Positions 27,453 to 39,830 of a DNA stretch of 64,000 nucleotides are shown here, piece after piece. Positions within the stretch are counted from its first letter, which is position 1. Each line of letters opens with the position of its first letter. The stretch is taken from NCBI RefSeq assembly GCF_006345805.1, contig NC_043001.1, forward strand, positions 114,824,001 through 114,888,000, given 5' to 3'. This DNA comes from Octopus sinensis. Lineage: Eukaryota. The translations under genes were made by a program, and so were the position numbers. The notes under the pieces are model-generated. The model did no database searches and was not told the DNA's origin. It was given only the letters and a program-made list of their open reading frames with translations.

Positions 27453-27551
27453 TTCCTTGATTTTCCTGATGGGAAATTTGCATAATATACTTCTTATTAC
27501 TTCGGAATTAGGAATATGCAGCCTTCGAAACATATGTCGAGAATAAAGGAT
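27453..27551 (+). ncRNA. Hammerhead family A copy with mutated core (CUGAUGG)
   Basis: A9 to G at 27472; GAAACAUAUGUC is intact. Inverted partner of the 26803-26902 copy. Confidence 0.6.
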
Positions 27552-27747
27552 ATTTGTTAACTAGTCGTTCAACTCCATTCTTTCATTTACTTATAATTTT
27601 AAAATAAACATACAAATTTCCGCACGAAGACACGTAGTCTATGCCATAGGGACGTAGCTTCAACCGTGTTCTTTCTGATGTGAATTTGCTACCCAGGTAT
27701 CGGTTATCTTTCGAATTATCCTTAATAAGATAATTCATTCAATTACT

Positions 27748-27791
<44 letters not shown>

Positions 27792-28169
27792 AATCTCCCG
27801 TCCAAGTAAACGTATGAGTGTTCAGTTTTTGCACAAATGTGTTTATGGTGTTCAAATGTATTTACTGTACATTAACTCACTTTCTCCATCAATTCGACGA
27901 TGTCTGACTAGGTGTGTCACGCATCAGGTGTCGAGGTGATTTTGCTTAAGAACACAACGCACCACCCGGTATTGCAATCTTGAGTGCAACGCCCTAACCG
28001 TAAGTCCATGGGTCCTCACTACATATATATAACGGAAAAGTGCATATGGGGAGAGTTTATGCATTTGTGCGTGTATGTATGTGTCTGTTAGCTAACTGCC
28101 TGTACCAAAGTCTATACGGAATGCATATTTCTGTCATTACATATATATATATATACTTCGAAAACTTTC

Positions 28170-29430
28170 ATTTGTTTTCCACATTTTTGCATTTTGACGT
28201 TTTGCTGAGATTTTTCTTGAGAACACATTCTTCGTGGTAATGGAGTTTTGACGTCTATGTTTAGTATATTAGGTGTCCACTTTAGTGCTCATTCCTCTTA
28301 ATTTTGTATGTAAGAACTTTTAATCGTTGGATTCTTTAAATATGCTAAGCTACTGGTTTTAATTGATTAATATCAATTTCTATGCTTATTATTTAATTTT
28401 AAACAAAAGAAAATCTATATATATAAAACTGCAGTTGTGTGAGTATCTGTCCCCTTCGATTTAGATTCCTAACTACTCCCACATTTTGCGGTGCAGTTTA
28501 ACCAAATTCGGGTATCTTATAGTCGTGATTCATATCGAGCCCGTCTGAGTATTAGCGCGCGTCTTCGATGAGTCTACGATTTTAAAAATAATTTAATATC
28601 ATTTTTTATTCCATTTTAATGCATAATTTTTCGTGTGTCGATGGCGGCGGAGTTGGCGTCCATGGTCACCCCTGCACCTGTTTGCTTCTCCCCCTTCTTC
28701 CCTCCCTCGTGAAGCTGTGGGGAAGGGAGTGTAAGGAAATCAACGTCGTAAAGCGTTGTCAAGGAGACCAGCGTTCTTTTAGAACAACGACTTCATGGCT
28801 TGAAGACACCAAAACAGAAATGGCTAAGAAAGCCCGAATTGGCATCTATAAGGGAAGTAACTCTCTAAAAATGCTTATATAGTTATTTCCCTTACAAACC
28901 CGAGCAACGCCGGGCGATACTGCTAGTGTTCTCTAAACTGTAAATTGGCTGCTGGAATTTATTAACTGCAGAGCAATTTCCAGCCTCAGCGCACCAAAGT
29001 GAAGACATTTGAAAAATACGCCTAAATATAAATTGTAGAACTTTATACATACTCGATTTCGGTTGAGTGTTCTGTATCTAGTTCTGGAAATTGTGTTTAG
29101 TAAGCGACAGACAACGCTGACGATCTTGCTGATATCTACGTGTTTATATACGTAGATATTAACAAGTGAAACCATCGGTACGTAGATAATCGTTTTTATT
29201 TCGTATATTTTCACTTGTCTTGCTAATTTTTACATTTTGGCGTTTTGCTGAGATTTTTCTTGAGAACACATTCTTCGTGGGAATGGCTTTTTGACGTCTA
29301 TGTTTAGCATATTAAGTGTCCACTTTTGTGGTCATTCCTCTTATTTTTGTATGTAACACAATTTTTACTCTTCGGATTTTTTAGATATACTTAGCCACTA
29401 TTTTTGATTGATTAATATCAATTTCTACCC
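28170..29430. repeat. Two ~220-bp direct repeats (about 28170-28385 and 29210-29425) of an unclassified repeat
   Basis: Both contain ttttgctgagatttttcttgagaacacattcttcgtgg...gattaatatcaatttcta. Confidence 0.75.
28414..28926 (+). mobile_element. Non-autonomous Helitron (513 bp)
   Basis: Starts TCtatatatataaaa after an A. Ends with hairpin cccgagcaacgccggg (28899-28914) and CTAG, followed by T. No target-site duplication. Confidence 0.87.
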
Positions 29431-29439
29431 TTGTAACCA

Positions 29440-29790
29440 CATGGTCCTGGGTTCCGTCCCACTGCGTGGCACCTTGGGCAAGTGTCTTCTTTGGGCCAAC
29501 CAAAGCCTTGTGAGTAGATGTCGTATACGGAAACTGAAAGAAGCCCGTCGCATATATATATATCTATATATATGTATGCGTGTGTAAATGTTTGTGTAAC
29601 TGTGTTTGTCCCACCAAAATCGCTTGACAACCGATACTAATGCGTCTATGTCGATGTAACTTAGCGGTTCGGCAAAATCGCCCAATAGAATAAGTACTAG
29701 TCTTACAAAGAATAAGCTCTGGCGTCGAGTTGCTTGTCTAAAGGTGGTGCCTTAGCATGGTTGCAGTCAAATGAATGAAACAAGTATAAA
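29440..29790 (+). mobile_element. CORE-type tRNA SINE (5'-clipped)
   Basis: Homologous to 12005-12416. Confidence 0.85.
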
Positions 29791-29904
29791 GGAAAGTAAA
29801 TAGAAAGAAATATATATATCGGGAGGGAGAGAGAGGGGGAGAGATGCAGGAAGGGGAGAAAGTGAGAGAGATTGAGTGAGTTTGACAAATATATATGTTT
29901 CTTT

Positions 29905-30128
29905 ATTACCCACAAGGGGCTAAACATAGAGGGGACAAAGAAGGACAGACAAACGGATTAAGTCGATAACATCGACCCCAGTGCGTAACTGGTCCTTAAT
30001 TTATCGACCCCGAAAGGATGAAAGGCAAAGTCGACCTCGGCGGAATTTGAACTCAGAACGTCAAGACAGACGAAATACGGCTACGCATTTCGCCCGGCGT
30101 GCTACCGATTCTGCCAGCTCGCCGCCTA
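29905..30128 (-). mobile_element. tRNA SINE, ggcggcgagctggcag family
   Basis: Full-length reverse complement of the 4874-5107 family. Confidence 0.88.
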
Positions 30129-31143
30129 TGTTTGACAAATATATATGTATGCATGTGCGCCCGTCTCTGTATGTGTGTGTGTGTGTGTGCTTGTGTGTGT
30201 ATGTGTGTGGGTGTATGGGTGTGTGAATGTCTGTATAAATTAAAGTTCAATTCTTTCAGTTTGGTATCTGAGAATGTGAACAAACTTTACATGTCACATA
30301 CTTCTGCCCAATCATTTTCTCCGCGATTCTCTATCTTCACTTACGAATGAAGTCTTTTTATCTTTCTGTTGAGAGTCCATTATCCATTGTCTTGCTTTTA
30401 TGTTTTACTCTGGCATTCTCGAGAAAAAAAATTCAAAAATTTCAAAAAACATACTTGCCATTTAGTAAACGCGTACAAAGAAATGTTTTGTCTTAACTAA
30501 GTTTCTCCACTAGTCCCCGTTGTATCGTTTCTTTTTCTTTTTTTCATTTCGCATTTATATACTCATCACTACTTCAGAGTATGAAGGAAAAAAGTATATA
30601 TTGTTTGTTAATAGAGGCGAAAATACATATGGAAAAAAAAACTGTAAAAATCAAATAGATACAACAACTTGAACTTTTGATCTAGCCACTGGCGTATTTG
30701 TCGTAGTTTCCATCGATGTGTTTGAAGTGTTGTATTAAAAAAAATAACAACAACATAGCAAAACAATGGTTATATCTTCAAATAAACGATCACAGAAAGA
30801 TCTTCGCTGTTTGATTATTATGATAGCGAGATGGGTTTTTGGTTTGTTTTCTCTTGTGTTTTTACCTTTTATCCTTTTCTTTTTTTTTTGTTGTAAAGTT
30901 ACTTGCTCACTATATTTTAGCCTTCATTTTATATGTATTATATATTATAGTTGTTATTTATCCCTTGTACTGTGTCTTTTGCACATATCCACACAGATAC
31001 AATACACGTATTCCTTAATACATCTGTGCGAACGCGCGTTTGTGTGTATATGTGTGTATTTACGTGTATGTATGTTTGTATGTATATATGTATGTATATA
31101 TGTATGTATATATGTATGTATATATATGTATTTGTAATATATA

Positions 31144-31177
<34 letters not shown>

Positions 31178-32291
31178 ATATATATATATATATAATATAT
31201 ATATATATAGTGATATCTCAGTCATCAAACGTATATATATATTATACTTGCATATATACGTATATGTATACATTTGTATATATATGTATAAATATATATA
31301 GTGATATCTTAGTCATCAAACGTATATATTTATATATATATATATATATACTGACATATAAACATATATGTATACATATGTATACACACATGTGAGAGCG
31401 TATGTGTGTGAGTATGGGCGCAAGTACTTCACACTCTACACTGGACTGACTGGAGAAGTCGTCTGTTCTATCAACTATTGTTCTTCTCGGTTCCTTCCTG
31501 TTTAGAGGAAAGATCATTATTTTATACAATCACAGAGTGAGGAGGAACAATCATAATGGAAAGAGAATGCGGATAGTGAGAGAAAAATTAAAATAAAAAT
31601 CAGCAATAACAAATAGGAAAGAATGATGGTTAGATTGGGAAAAAATGTGTTGTGGAATAAAAGCTATGAGAATGGAGTGTATAATTTGTCATCACCAAAC
31701 TACAAATCAAGCTGGTTTATTGCAGACAAACGTTTGTCTTAATTGTAGCTTTTATACAAAAATCTGTCCCTGATTCAGTTATATTACTGTCAACATTGAT
31801 CATTGCTATTCTTTATCTCTTACTGATTATCTTTATTCTTCTCTGTCATTGTGTTTTAAATTCTCACTCCTTTTTCATCTTCTTATTCTTCGTCCTCTCC
31901 TTCATCCTCACCTTCATTTTCTTAGTTTATTTCCTATTTCATCTTCTTTTCTCTCTCGCTCTTCCACTCTCTCTCTCTCTCTCTTTGTCTCTGTCTGTCT
32001 CCCTTCTCTCTCTCTCTCTCTTGGTCACTTTCTGGACGTATACACAAAAGCGCAACACAGCGATACGGGCAGAACATACATATATTTCTATAGAGTACTT
32101 AAGCTCACACTCACACATACATATTTGCAAAAAAGCGATGGGTAGGATGGAGTGTGACAGGCAAAGAGAGTAGGGCCAATGAACGAAAGTGAGAACATAC
32201 GAAAACAATAGGAGAAACAAATAAACACAGAATACGTACATACATATCTATATATATATACATAGATATATATATATATATATATACATAC

Positions 32292-32341
<50 letters not shown>

Positions 32342-32413
32342 TATATATATAATAAATATATATATGCACACACACACGCACACACGCACACACACACACA
32401 CATATATATATAG

Positions 32414-32464
<51 letters not shown>

Positions 32465-32569
32465 ATATTATATAGATAGATAGATAGATATACGCGCGCA
32501 CACAGATATATACACACACTCATATTATATACACACTCATATATATACATATATATACATATATATATA

Positions 32570-32600
<31 letters not shown>

Positions 32601-34599
32601 CATATATATTATTATATATATATAATATATATATATATTATATAATATATATATTTGAACGTAATATAATGGGGCCAATTTCTACAATGTCTGGTCCATA
32701 GATTCATTGACTTATTTTATTGGAGTGGTCGATATTTTCTTTTTGATTTCATCAAAGGTATGAACGGCTGAAATAAAGATGGATAAATTGTTATAGACAT
32801 TTCGCAATGCGACAATAGAGAGAAAATATGGCGAGATCAGCAGTTCGCCCAATATTTATTTGTCACATAATTTTTATAGATATTGAGTTGGTTTTTTTTT
32901 TTGTTACTGGCCTTACAATGTTTTAATTTTACTAGTTTTAAGTTATATATAGTTTATATACTGTCATGTATATGTAATTTATATTCTGTCATCATTTGGG
33001 TGTTCATTTTTGATATGATATGTGTTATTTCATAAAGAAGATATATAGGTTGATAATTGTGGGACATGCTATTCCTTTGTTAGTGAGTTTAACAGGAGTT
33101 TTATTCATTAATTTCTTTTCTTGATTGGTTCAAATCGTTTTTAGGATGTCAGTTCTCCTGCTACGATATACACGTCATCAGGTTTATAATCAGGATATAG
33201 GCGTAGATCGAGTGTAAAAGAATTAAAACTGAAATGTAATAAACGGAAACTCATAAAGGTCAGATCAAAATCACCGTTCCTAATCTCGATCGGCAAACAT
33301 GATACGTTAGCCATTCCCACTGATTGGTACCACAATTTTGATTTGGTGAATCAATTCTTTTGCAAGCATTCCTCATCAGTTATCAGGTCTGTGGATAATC
33401 CTGTATTTTTGATTTTGATTTTTCCAGTTTCAGCTCATGAGCTGTGGCCATGCTGGGGCACCGCCATTTGGTTTGCTACATGATTTTACCTCACGAATGC
33501 TTTTTAGCAACTGCCATTTGGTGCATGAGAGAGTTCGATGCAGCTGCCCTCATCTGCACCTCCTGCCGTGAAGTTTGTTATGTTTTCTTCTACAAATCTA
33601 TGTAACCCTGGAAAGGAACTTCCGTACTTTCATCCTTACTTGTGTAAGCCAGCAATTCAAAAGAAACGAATACTACATTTCCTTATGTATCCTTTCTAAA
33701 GACTGAAAGTTGCTATTTGAAAGATATTTTCTACATGACAAACATCCGTATAGAAGTGCCTGCACTCTCATAAATGTGGCGATAAAATAAATACGTCGTC
33801 TCCAAAATTTATCGTATTTAAAGATGACAAATAGAAAAAGCAAACATTAATTACACGGACACTCAGAGCAAAAAAAAAAAAAAAAAACGCCATCTTGGCA
33901 TACAAGTAATTATAGCTAAAACGTTAGCGTTAACCTTACTGACGTATAAAGCCAAAAGAAATTGCTTGACACAAGCAGTTTCAATAAAATAATATGGGAG
34001 AAGTATGTAATAAAGTGCAATGCCTTTTTTTCTGAAAAAGTTATGATGGATATGGCAATGAAGAAAGCAACAGAAACAAAAGTGTGTTTATGCTGAATAG
34101 AGGAACCATGGCTGATGTGTGGAGCGATATTGCTTCCATCGGCCGTGTTAGAAAAAATAGAAGTGAGTTGCTTAGTCTTTAATACGTGAAAGGGATATAA
34201 CGACATGTAGATTTGGTGCACCGAATTTCTATCTATTCAGAAATCAATGACAGAGTCTATGGGAAGACGGAATACAACGGTTTGGGTCCTAGGAAACTAA
34301 TAGTGATCTTCAAATTTCGTTACTGTAACTGTACCGTTGTCAGCATATATGTAGGTGACTGGTAATAGTCACAATTTTGGCAAGGAAAAAATTCACAATT
34401 AATTTATGTTGGCCGGTAATAAAGTCACAGGAAATAAGTCACAATTAATTTATGGGATCCGGATACACCCCCAGGACAAAACTCCCTCGGACAACCTCCA
34501 ACCCCGCCTCCGACCCTACTCCTGTGACTTTATTACACGAGTTGCATATCTAGTAAAAGTGCACTTTACACAGATATAGAAGTCCGATTAATTCCGAAT

Positions 34600-35330
34600 G
34601 CTTTGAAGCTATTTTGAAAAGCATCGGTTTGAATGTTAGTAGGTATGTAGGAAGACGTGTTCAATGTAAGCAGCTTGCAAGTTCTTCTGTTCTTTAATTC
34701 GATCATTGCCCAGTTTTGAAAGGGAGTAGAGTATCTTACTACTGGTATAGTACATGTATTTATTGCCTCAATAATATAGCCTTTACAATGCGGCGAGCTG
34801 GTTGGATAGTTAGCACGCCGAGGAAAATGCTTGGCTACATTTCGTCTGTCTTTACGCCCTGAGTTCAAATTCCGCCGACATCAATGTTGCCTTTCATCTC
34901 TTTCAGAGTCGACAGAATAAACACCAGATGGGTAGTACCCACTCTCCCGCAATTACTAGTCTTGTCTCACGATTTGAAACCAATAATATACTCTCTATTT
35001 AATTTTGATTCAATTAACTTCCTTATTCTTCTCTTGCCCATTTTAGAGATTTTCCCTCTCATTTCCCTTTCCATAATCCTCCTGTATTGCAGTATCACTA
35101 CCTCCCTGTATCCCACATCATTCGTTAGCCTTCTGATGATAATGTCCTCTGATGAATTTATACCATCAGATTTTATATGCCGGCTTCTCATCATAATTGC
35201 ACACTTATATATCCCAACTGTTTTCCAATACCGTTGTTGAATACTTTTACTGTTTACATTAGAGAATCCAATTCTTTTCCTCGTTTGTATATATTTCAGA
35301 TCATTTATTTTCACCTTGGTTTTGATAAGA
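34600..35330 (-). pseudogene. R4/Dong-clade RT C-terminal/thumb fragment split by a SINE
   Basis: GIYKCAIM...GYREVVILQ...KRRIRKLIESKLNREYII, then the SINE, then EAINTCTIPVVRYS...RTCKLLT. Matches the R4 pattern FGLDKCA...YKYLGI...RRVRKILKSKLN...AINT. Confidence 0.78.
34779..34980 (+). mobile_element. tRNA SINE with 10-bp target-site duplication CAATAATATA
   Basis: caataatata at 34769-34778 and 34981-34990. Confidence 0.85.
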
Positions 35331-35610
35331 ACATTAGTTGGCGTCGATTTTCTTAGAATACTTGAGATATTTTATCTAATTTAATATCTTATATTACGTT
35401 TGTGTGTGTGTGTGTGTGTGTGTGTAACACTCTGCACATCAACAGTAGCAATTATCTCCAATGAACTGTATTCTTTTACAAATTAACCTCTTCTGATATA
35501 CAAATCATTGGTGCCGCAAATAGTACCATATCACTGAAATGTAGCAGAGATCTCCGAGGCAGCAGCAAGAGAAGTAAACGTGCAACACACACACATACAT
35601 ATAGATATAT

Positions 35611-35656
<46 letters not shown>

Positions 35657-35744
35657 ATAGATATATATATATATATAATATATATATAACATTATTGGTG
35701 AATTGAAGAAATGGAGCTGAACGCAGATTGAACAGAAATCGTTT

Positions 35745-35838
35745 TATTTCATTCTACACGTGTTTCGAAAGGCACAAATTACCAAAATCCGATTGAATAA
35801 TGGGACCATATTGTGTCTTTCTCTTCAGGAAGAAAATA
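35745..35838 (-). ncRNA. Type I hammerhead ribozyme, family B
   Basis: Reverse complement of 36380-36473; tcttcag at 35822-35828. Confidence 0.85.
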
Positions 35839-36379
35839 GGAATCCGTTGGAAAAAACAAACAGAACAGAGGCGGAGCAAAAACAAATCGAACTATGCTCC
35901 TAAGAGCCCATGGCGAAACTGTTTATCAGTGTATGTTTGAACCGGTGGCTGAAGAATTTAATGGTGGTCACATCGGTCAATTATGTGGGTGTTCTTTGTG
36001 ACCGAGAATAAAGTTCTGACTATTTAAGGAATATTGGATGTTTTATAAGGGGCGAGAAAAAATCTACTTAGAGACGTGTGTGTGTGTGTATACTGTTCTA
36101 TATATGTGTGTGTTCTATATATGTAAATCTCTAAGTAGATTTTTTCTCGCCCCTTATAAAACATCCAATATTCCTTAAATAGTCAGAACTTTATTCTCGG
36201 TCACAAAGAACACCCACACACCCTCACCCACATGATTGACCGATGCCTGACCCGTTAAATTCTTCAGCCACCGGTTCTCAACATACACTGATAAACAGTT
36301 CGCCATGGGCTCTTAGGAGCATAGTTCGATTTGTTTTTGCTCCGCCTCTGTTCTGTTTTTGTTTTTCCAACGGATTTCC

Positions 36380-36473
36380 TATTTTCTTCCTGAAGAGAAA
36401 GACACAATATGGTCCCATTATTCAATCGGATTTTGGTAATTTGTGCCTTTCGAAACACGTGTAGAATGAAATA
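36380..36473 (+). ncRNA. Type I hammerhead ribozyme, family B
   Basis: Stem I UAUUUUCUUC/GAAUGAAAUA pairs at 9 of 10 positions. CUGAAGA 36390-36396. Stem II GAAAG-A-CACAA / UUGUG-C-CUUUC. GAAA-C-ACGU-GUA gives predicted cleavage after A36463. Confidence 0.87.
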
Positions 36474-36675
36474 AAACGATTCTGTTCAATCTGCGTTCAG
36501 CTCCATTTCTTCAATTCACCAATAATGTTTTAATTTCAATTATCCGCACCAACGCACGGTTGCAACACCATATGGTTGTACCTTCAACCGTGCTGTTTAC
36601 TGCTGTGATTTTTGCTACTAAGGTATCGGTTAAACTTTTGATTAATCTACTACAAGATTATTCAGCTTTCTATTT

Positions 36676-36734
<59 letters not shown>

Positions 36735-36959
36735 ATATATCCACACACACAAATAAACACACATGCTGAGACACACACACACACAACACAATATATGTCT
36801 GGCGGAATCCGAGACAGGAGGTGAATTTTGTGGGATCCGGACAAAAGCTTCTTGGTCAAAAGCCTCCGGGACAAAGTCCCCTGGGACAAAACCCCCACGG
36901 TTATATTTGTCAGTTATTTTTCGTTTTTAGAATTTTTAGTTGAATGTTCCAACCCCAGA

Positions 36960-37460
36960 ATTTTTTTTACTTTTTGCAGTCATTAGCCAGCGTTTGGCCA
37001 TGCTGGAGCCCCATCATGAAGAATTTTTAGATGGCTGTGTGGAACCCAGAAGATATTTTAAGCTTGATCAAAACCACTTATTAGACTTCGGCCATGCTGG
37101 GGTACCGCCTCGAAGAATTTTAGTCGATTGTATCGAAACCAGAACTATTTTAAGATGATTTTCAACCAGCGCATGAAGTTAAGCCTACAAGGCCTCTCGA
37201 CATGCTAGAAATAACAGCCAAATCTCTTGAAATTTTTTATAACACTCTCACTCGGTTATAGTTTTGGAGTTATTCTTCGTTTTTTTACTATATTTTCTAA
37301 AATTCTTTTTACTTGTTTCAGTCACTGGACTGCGGCCAGGCTTAACCATGCCTTGAAGAAGTTTTAGTCGAATGTATCGTCCCCAGAATCTTTTTTGTGT
37401 GATTTTCAACCAGCACATAAAGTTAAGCCTTGAAGGTCTCTCCACATATTAGAAATATCA
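36960..37460 (-). repeat. Degenerate repeated fragments related to the 3' end of the CORE-type SINE
   Basis: Recurring cagtca...ggccatgctgg, ttagtcga and ttttcaaccagc...aagttaagcc segments. Confidence 0.55.
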
Positions 37461-37799
37461 GCCACATCTTACAATATTCTTATATAATTTCACGTAAACA
37501 AAGACGGGAATAGCGGTTGTAAAAAAAAGTATGTTCCAAAATATATTCAATTGATAAACGGTGTCAAAACATCTATGTCCCTCACAATGGTATGCTCCGT
37601 GTGTTTCAATTATTTTCTTCGTTTTTAGAATAATTTTCAAATAAATCAAACTTAAATTATTCTGTTATTGAAGTTAAATCCCCGCTCTTCTCTGTATAAT
37701 TTATCAGTCCCATCTGACACTGCTCTGAAACCTCCTATTTAACATCAGGAGGTTGTACACAACCTGTCTTCGTCTTTTGTTTTTTTCATAAACACTCCC

Positions 37800-37881
<82 letters not shown>

Positions 37882-37927
37882 TATATATACATATATATAT
37901 ACATATATATATACATATATAATTGCA

Positions 37928-37989
<62 letters not shown>

Positions 37990-38416
37990 AGTCTTATTAT
38001 GGCAACCGAATAACTGTCACATATTATAGTACAGATAAAATCCTCTAATTACATAAGATCGAGCTCTCATTCATTCTTTTGCTGCCTTACCATTACTATA
38101 TATATATGTATATATATATATATAATATATAATATATATATATATAATAGAAATATTAAAATTACTAAGTCTCTCTAAAAGAGAACAGCGGCAGCGTTCC
38201 CGGAAAATAATAGTTATCGCCATACTAATATGGCATTCTTATAAGTGGACAGCTTTATTCTTATTTTTATAAGAATGCCATATTAGTATGGCGTTAACTA
38301 TTATATATATATACATATATATATAGTAATGGTAAGGCAGCAAAAGAATGAATGAGAGCTCGATCTTATGTAATTAGAGGATTTTAACTGTACTATAATA
38401 TGTGACAGTTATTCGG

Positions 38417-38491
38417 TTGCCATAATAAGACTCCGAGTTTCGGATATCGGGGCGGAAACCTGCTCCGGCATCTCGTCAGTTATCGAAGCAA
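38417..38491 (-). ncRNA. Type I hammerhead ribozyme, family C
   Basis: UUGCUUCGAUAA-CUGACGA-GAUG...UAUC-C-GAAA-CUC-G-GAG-UC-UUAUUAUGGCAA. Stem I is 5+5 bp, the triplet is GUC, and stem II has one extra C. Confidence 0.72.
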
Positions 38492-38511
38492 TCAAAAATT
38501 GCAATTTTTGA

Positions 38512-38586
38512 TTGCCTTGATAACTGACGAGATGCCGGAGCAGGTTTCCGCCCCGACATCCGAAACTCAGCATCTTATTATGGTAA
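38512..38586 (+). ncRNA. Hammerhead family C partner with degraded stem III
   Basis: CUGACGA 38524-38530, GAAA 38562-38565. Stem III is changed to CUCAGCA-UC; stem I still pairs extensively. Confidence 0.58.
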
Positions 38587-38735
38587 CCGAATAATTGTCA
38601 CATATAATAGTACAGATATTATATATATATATATGATCCCTTGTGGCTAATAAAAAATTATTAGAGACAATTATTGTTACTTTTATCGTTATCATCGTCA
38701 TCATTGTACTACTACTACTATGACAACTAATAATG

Positions 38736-38818
<83 letters not shown>

Positions 38819-39246
38819 TATTATTATTATCATGGTACCATCATTATCATCATAATTATCATCATCAGCATTATTAAATATTAAATATTATACAGAAGTT
38901 TCTATAGACCATTATTTTGATAACAACACACTGTTTCTTCGCGTTTGTGTGTTTCTGTTTGCATTTACTATATTCTTAGATATTAAATGTAAAACAATAC
39001 ATAAGGCAGACAATTCCATTTACAAGGGAAATGCCTATTAGTATTGACTTCCTAAATCCACTTTTGTAGCGTAAATAGTTCCGGTAATGAGAATTCATGA
39101 GATGGAAACAGAATGGTATCTCCATAGCAATGTCGACAGGAAATTTGCAATTCTAGCAAAACGTCAGCGCGCTCACACACACACACACACACACTTACAC
39201 ACACACACACACCTGTGTGTATATGCGTGTGTGTTCTTGTGCACAG

Positions 39247-39335
<89 letters not shown>

Positions 39336-39614
39336 TCTTAGCGAAATGTAAAACCGTATGTGATATTTAAAGATTACTACTGGGATTATTCAAAAGCAAT
39401 CCAATGGAAATTGAAATATATGGGTGAAGACAGTAATGATAGCATAACTGCTGCGCACTTTATCTTATAATTCTATATTTTTGGATAAATAACGCTTTAT
39501 CAAGAGAAAATGGGGACGGTGTCCAGTTCGTATTTTTTGCTTTTACATATGGGAGTAGTGGCGCCTGAGGCCTGGGCAAAAGAATATTATTACAATAAAG
39601 GATAGAGGGACAAG

Positions 39615-39830
39615 CAGGTAGAATTGTTAGCAAGCCGGGCGAAATGTGTAGCGACATTTCGTCCGCCTTCATGTTCTGAGGTCAAATTCCGCCGAAGTCG
39701 TCTTTAGCTTTCACTCTTTCAGGGTCGATAAAATAGATACCAATGAAGTACTGGAGTCGATGTTGTCGACTTACCACGATACTCCCCCGAAATTGCTGGC
39801 CTTATGCCAAGAATTTGAAATCATTGTTAT
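39615..39830 (+). mobile_element. Diverged tRNA SINE copy
   Basis: gttagcaagccgggcgaaatg...gaggtcaaattccgccgaagtcg...aatttgaaa. Confidence 0.75.

Larger units (their letters stand above)
35688..36529. mobile_element. Large palindrome (arms 35688-36074 and 36128-36529, 53-bp spacer) of a Penelope-like repeat, family B
   Basis: The arms are reverse complements apart from a ~15-bp indel and a few substitutions. Each arm carries a hammerhead. Confidence 0.9.
37988..38620. repeat. Triplicated inverted structure A / hairpin / A-inverted / palindrome / A (family C)
   Basis: A occurs at 37988-38110, inverted at about 38315-38435, and as a partial direct copy at about 38573-38620. There is an inner hairpin at about 38208-38302 and a loop-less palindrome centred at 38501/38502. 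Confidence 0.88.

Noticed and set aside
27670-27750. ctgatgt...ttcgaattatc resembling a hammerhead
   Set aside because: The core is wrong (CUGAUGU, GAAU), and the pairing is better explained by a simple gaattatc/gataattc hairpin shared with 2192-2260.
36830-36900. Short ggacaaaa repeats (also 34455-34500) that look superficially like a spacer array
   Set aside because: Units are irregular with no constant repeat and spacer lengths, and the context is eukaryotic. They are more likely MITE remnants than CRISPR.
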